In this document: positions 59,554 to 64,000 of the stretch, piece after piece | Numbering within the stretch: the first letter of the stretch is position 1 | Layout: every line of letters begins with the position of its first letter | Assembly (NCBI GenBank): GCA_028691975.1 | Contig: JAQUYF010000004.1 | Location: 53 to 64,052 of the forward strand | Origin: Bacteroidales bacterium | Lineage (GTDB): Bacteria > Bacteroidota > Bacteroidia > Bacteroidales > UBA932 | Direction of reading: 5' to 3' | Length of the DNA stretch: 64,000 nucleotides | Notes under the pieces: model-generated | What the model saw: only the letters and a program-made list of their open reading frames with translations | Database searches by the model: none | What the model was told of the DNA's origin: nothing | Made by a program: the position numbers and the translations under genes

Positions 59554-60741
59554 TTGAAACACATGAATCTCAACATTATTTCGGAACTTATTGCCAAGTC
59601 TGTGGCGGGTACAATTAGTGATTTGGAGCAAATCAGTCTTGATAATTGGAGAAAAGAAGATGCGTCCAATCAAGAATTGTATGAAAGACTTTCTGATATA
59701 AACTATCTTCAGAACGAGTATCGCAAATGGAATTCAATCGATCCAAAGCAGCCTATGAAGAATATGCAGCGAAGGATTGCCGGCAAAAAGAAAAATAGAC
59801 GCATTCTTCTTCACTCTTGTGCTGCTGCAGTTGTTGTTTTGCTGTTAGGAAGTCTATTGACACTACTATACAGGAGTGAGCAGCGATATGACAAATTGAA
59901 CTCAATATATCAGACTGAAAAATATATGACGGCTATACATCCGGGGCAGACAAAAGCGAAGTTGACTACCGATGACGGGAAAATAATTGTTTTGGATTCT
60001 AATAAGACAAACAACGAAAAGGTATTAAACTCTATTCGGAAAGGCGAAGAACAACAGGTAAGGCGCCAAAGGGAAATCAAAGATAGAATAGCAATCAACA
60101 ATCTTGAAATACCCCGTGGAGGAGAATTCCACATAACGCTGGAAGATGGGACTCAGGTCTGGCTTAACGCGGAGTCTTCGCTCAAATACCCAGAACATTT
60201 TGACAGGAAATATCGTCAAGTGGAGGTTTCCGGAGAGGCATTTTTCAAAGTATCAAAGGAAGAGGAAAGACCTTTTAATGTCAAAATTGACGGACAAGTA
60301 ATTTGTGTTCACGGAACTGAATTTAATGTTATGTCCTATGGCGAGGATAGATATGTCTATACGACTTTAGTGTCCGGAAGTATTTCTATTCAACCGGATA
60401 GTGCCACAGGATCTGAGTTGATACTTTCTCCCGGTCATCAGGCCGTATTTGCCAAATCCGACTGTTCGACAGTTGTAAAGCAAGTTAAAACAGAAGTCGT
60501 AACAAGTTGGAGAAACGGAATGTTTGTGTTTGAAGATCAGACTCTTGATCAGATAATGAGACAGTTGAGCCGATGGTATGATTTCTCATACGAATTTTCC
60601 AACAAAGAAGTTGCCTCGACTGTCTTTATGGGGAAAGTGCCAAGATATGCAACATTTGGAGATGTTTTAGAAATTCTTGAAAAGAGTGGAAATCTGACAT
60701 TTGAAGCAAAACAAAATAGAATAATTATATCTCATAAATAA
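59554..60741 (+). CDS. FecR-family anti-sigma factor
   Basis: Cytoplasmic N-domain, a single TM segment (ILLHSCAAAVVVLLLGSLLTLL), a periplasmic FecR domain (WLNAESSLKYP, GEAFFKV) and a C-terminal DUF4974-like segment. Confidence 0.88.
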   Translation: MKHMNLNIISELIAKSVAGTISDLEQISLDNWRKEDASNQELYERLSDINYLQNEYRKWNSIDPKQPMKNMQRRIAGKKKNRRILLHSCAAAVVVLLLGSLLTLLYRSEQRYDKLNSIYQTEKYMTAIHPGQTKAKLTTDDGKIIVLDSNKTNNEKVLNSIRKGEEQQVRRQREIKDRIAINNLEIPRGGEFHITLEDGTQVWLNAESSLKYPEHFDRKYRQVEVSGEAFFKVSKEEERPFNVKIDGQVICVHGTEFNVMSYGEDRYVYTTLVSGSISIQPDSATGSELILSPGHQAVFAKSDCSTVVKQVKTEVVTSWRNGMFVFEDQTLDQIMRQLSRWYDFSYEFSNKEVASTVFMGKVPRYATFGDVLEILEKSGNLTFEAKQNRIIISHK

Positions 60742-60759
60742 CTTATTAATCTTAACGAT

Positions 60760-63700
60760 ATGCCAATGAAAAACAAACAATTTTTTAAAGGTTTTGTCTT
60801 GATATTGTTTTTTGTGCTTATGCCTTGTTTGGGATTTGCACAGAAGATAAGTGTCAATTATAGAGACAAATCTATTGTAGATGTGTTGTCTGATCTTGAA
60901 AGTAGGACCACCTATTCTTTCGTTTACCAAAAGCAGGTATTATCTGATGTCGCCAACATTACGTGTGTAATGAACAATGTTACACTTACTCAGGTGTTGG
61001 ATGACATTTGTAACAAGTCTGATTTGAGTTACGAAATAGTACATCAAAGTATTGTAATTCGCAAAGCTGATGTACAGCAAAACTTACCGGCCGGAGCAAA
61101 ATTCGACCTTTCAGGAAGTGTGGTAGATACACAAAGTGAGCCACAAGTAGGGATAACAGTGCACAACTCCACGCAAAATGCCTATACAACGACTGATTTT
61201 GATGGCAAATACAGCATCAAAGCGGCAAAAGGAGATGTACTGGTCTTTTCTTGTATAGGAATGATTTCACAAACAGTGAAAGTGTCCGGTAATAGAATTG
61301 TTAATATCATTCTTGAGAATGATAAGCAGATGCTGGAAGAGACGATAGTTATCGGTTATGGTTCCGCAAAAAAATAAGTTCTATAGTAGGAGCCTCTACA
61401 CTTGTCAAATCAGATGTTTTCACAAATATTCCTGCTTCCAGTGCAGGCGATGCTCTTCAGGGAAAAGTTGCGGGGTTACAGATTTTTACAAGTTCTGGAG
61501 AACCAAGTGCAGATGTGACAATGCGATTGAGAGGGGTAAACTCAATCAACGCCTCAAATACACCGCTATTTATCTTAGATGGAGCTCCGGTTGATGTTGC
61601 AATCTTTACTACACTTAATCCAAATGATATTGAGAGTGTCAACATTATGAAGGATGCATCTTCAACTGCTATTTATGGTTCTCGTGCTGCGAATGGAGTT
61701 ATCTATATTACGACCAAAAAGGGAACGGGCGAAAAACCGGTAATCTCTGTAGGTGGGTCATATGGTATTTCTCAACTTGCTCAATTCCCTATTGAACTAA
61801 TGAATGCAGAAGAATGGTTTACATTTAGAGAGATGACAGATCCGAGTTTGAAGACCAACGAACAGTTTTAAGAACTTAAAGATTTTCGCCTGAAGAACAA
61901 TATTTGTACAGACTGGAGAAAATGGATACTTAACGAAAATGCTCCGACTTGGAAGGCTGATATCAGCATTTCAGGAAGAAATGAAAGATCTGATTACTAT
62001 ATTTCTTTAGGAGCATTTAGCCGCGAGGGTATTATGCCATATTCGGATATGAGTCGATATAGTGTAAGATCCAACATCAATACTAAAATCACCAATTGGC
62101 TGAAATATGGTCTGAATCTTAATTTGGCATATCAACGCAGCCACCATGCAGGATATTCAACGACAAGTACTGGGTACTACAATCCTATGAATATCATTGC
62201 TTGGGGCCTTCCTTATGCCACTCCATATGAAATCAAAACAGACGAAAATGGTAATTTTTTGGGTTATGGAAAAGAACAGGATTATATAACCGATTTAGGT
62301 TTGAAAAATTATTTCACTGTAATGAAATATAATCCTACTGAGAGGAATAATGCCAGAATTAATGGTAATATGTACGAAGAAATAACACCTATCAAGGGTT
62401 TGGTATTACGAGCAGTCCAGGCGATTGATGCGTATGACTATAGATATACATCAAAAGTTATTCCTACGGACTTGATTTCAGTTACACCCGGAACAACAGA
62501 GTCTTTCCAAAGATTTTATCGTCTGACATCAACAAATACTGCGGAATATAAGTTCGCATTGGCTCAAAACAATCATTTTGACATTCTTGCCGGCCATGAA
62601 TCCATTTTTTCAAATAGTAATTCTGTAACAACGTCAACAAATGGTCAAACTGATGATAGAATGACGGATATCAGTCACGGTACAATCGCCAATTTGCCTT
62701 CGTATTCAAATTCATCAATTGCATACAATTCGTTTTTTGCCAGAATTTCATACGATTATGCCGACAAATATTTTCTTGACGGTACTTATCGAATTGATGG
62801 ATCCTCCCTGTTTGGAGCTAATAAACGATATGCTCCATTTTACTCTGTGGGAGTTATGTGGAATATTTTTAAAGAGAATTTTTTAAAAGATGTTGCCTGG
62901 ATCAATAATCTTCAGTTGAAATCTTCTTATGGAACAATGGGTAATTCCGGTATCAGTAATTATTTATCATATGGAAAAACAAGCACCGGCTTAACATATA
63001 ATGAGCAGACATCTTGGTATCTTGCATCTTTGAGTAATCCAAATCTTACTTGGGAGGAAGTTGAGGCTTTCAATCTCGGAGTTAATGGTAAAATCTTTGA
63101 TTGCTTGACTTTTAACGTTGAGTTATATAACAAAAACACCAAGAATATGTTGATGTACATTCCTTATTCATATATTTCCGGTTTTTCAGGAGGTTGGGGA
63201 AATGTCGGAACAATGCGTAATCGTGGTGTTGATGTAGAACTCAAATTTGATATTTTGCGCAAAAAAGATCTTTATTTAGGACTGAGTCTTAATATGAATT
63301 ACAACAAAAACACCATTACCGAACTATATGATGGCAGAGATGAATTTGTAGATGGTGGATCAGGGCTTAAGTATCAGGTTGGAAAAGCATACGGAGAATT
63401 TTATGTTGTAAGATTTGCGGGGGTCGACCCTGCAAACGGAAAATCTCTATGGCTTGACGCAGAGGGGAATGATACCGGAACATATTCTGAGAGCAATGCT
63501 GTTTTTATTGGAAAAAACAGATTTGCTCCATGGTCCGGTGGAGCTTCATTAGATTTCTCTTGGAAAGGACTCTCACTAAACGCGACTTTTGCAGGAGTTT
63601 TTGGTAAGTCACTGGAAAATTATGACAGGTATTTTCTGGAAAGCCCTGCATTTGCAGATGAATCAAATATGACCAAAAGGATGCTCAATATATGGACAAC

Positions 63701-63989
63701 TCCCGGCCAGATTACCGATATTCCAGTTGATGCTTCCAAACACGATAGTCGTTATATAGAAGATGCTTCGTTTGTTCGCATGAAAAACCTGCAAATAAGT
63801 TACAGTTTTCCTCAAAAGATGATGAATGCTACCGGATTTCTTGGGGCAGCAACGATTTATGTTTCAGGGCGAAATCTTTTAACTTTTACAAAATACACTG
63901 GTTGGGACCCGGAAGTGGATGCTATCACTGCAATGGGTAATTACCCGAATACAAAACAGTTTACGATAGGCGTTGAATTGAAATTCTAA
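60760..63989 (+). pseudogene. SusC/RagA-family TonB-linked outer-membrane transducer, disrupted by one frameshift and one in-frame stop
   Basis: Three consecutive ORF pieces (60760..61377, 61350..61871, 61872..63989) read as a single SusC: STN domain, CarboxypepD_reg, plug (IVIGYGSAKK|ISSIVGAS..., RLRGVNSIN, PLFILDG) and a barrel ending GVELKF. The total is 3230 nt, one short of 1077 codons. Confidence 0.85.
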
Positions 63990-64000
63990 CTTTAAAACGA

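Noticed and set aside
61358-61594. 78-aa ORF spanning the SusC frameshift region
   Set aside because: It is in the third frame and Cys/Arg-rich. The other two frames carry the conserved SusC plug sequence.

Overview
This window looks like a chromosomal segment of a Bacteroidota genome, most likely order Bacteroidales. The evidence for that placement is about 20 correctly placed TAnnTTTG -7 promoter boxes, an ECF-sigma/FecR/SusC module, a TonB-dependent receptor paired with DUF4249, and short or absent mRNA leaders. The window is almost fully coding: 52 intact protein genes, one decayed SusC gene and two tRNAs.

Most of it is housekeeping:
- rnpA-yidD, uvrC, groES-groEL, tadA, tyrS, rbfA
- sufB-(pnuC-like)-sufC-sufD
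- ispE, rnr, gpmI, dnaE, recO, rdgB, rsgA
- rocD plus an amidinotransferase-fold gene
- rpsL-rpsG-fusA-rpsJ

The accessory-looking parts are:
- a four-gene outer-membrane cluster at 48.7-55.0 kb
- an AT-rich ECF-sigma/anti-sigma/SusC locus at 58.9-64.0 kb, in which SusC carries a homopolymer frameshift and an in-frame stop
- a 984-aa HEXXH/propeller/barrel protein
- a lipoprotein + DUF2156 pair

I saw no CRISPR array, transposase, integrase, phage gene or recognisable defence gene, and no clear-cut novel multi-gene system. The observations most worth follow-up are:
- a PnuC-family transporter wedged inside the suf operon
- a short SufD with a Cys-rich tail
- a terminator/antiterminator-like leader between tRNA-Gln and a PPTase gene
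- the HEXXH-propeller-barrel protein co-oriented with pnuC
- the TonB-receptor/DUF4249 cluster
- the break of the S10 ribosomal operon right after rpsJ

All product calls rest on motif recognition by eye. No database search was possible.
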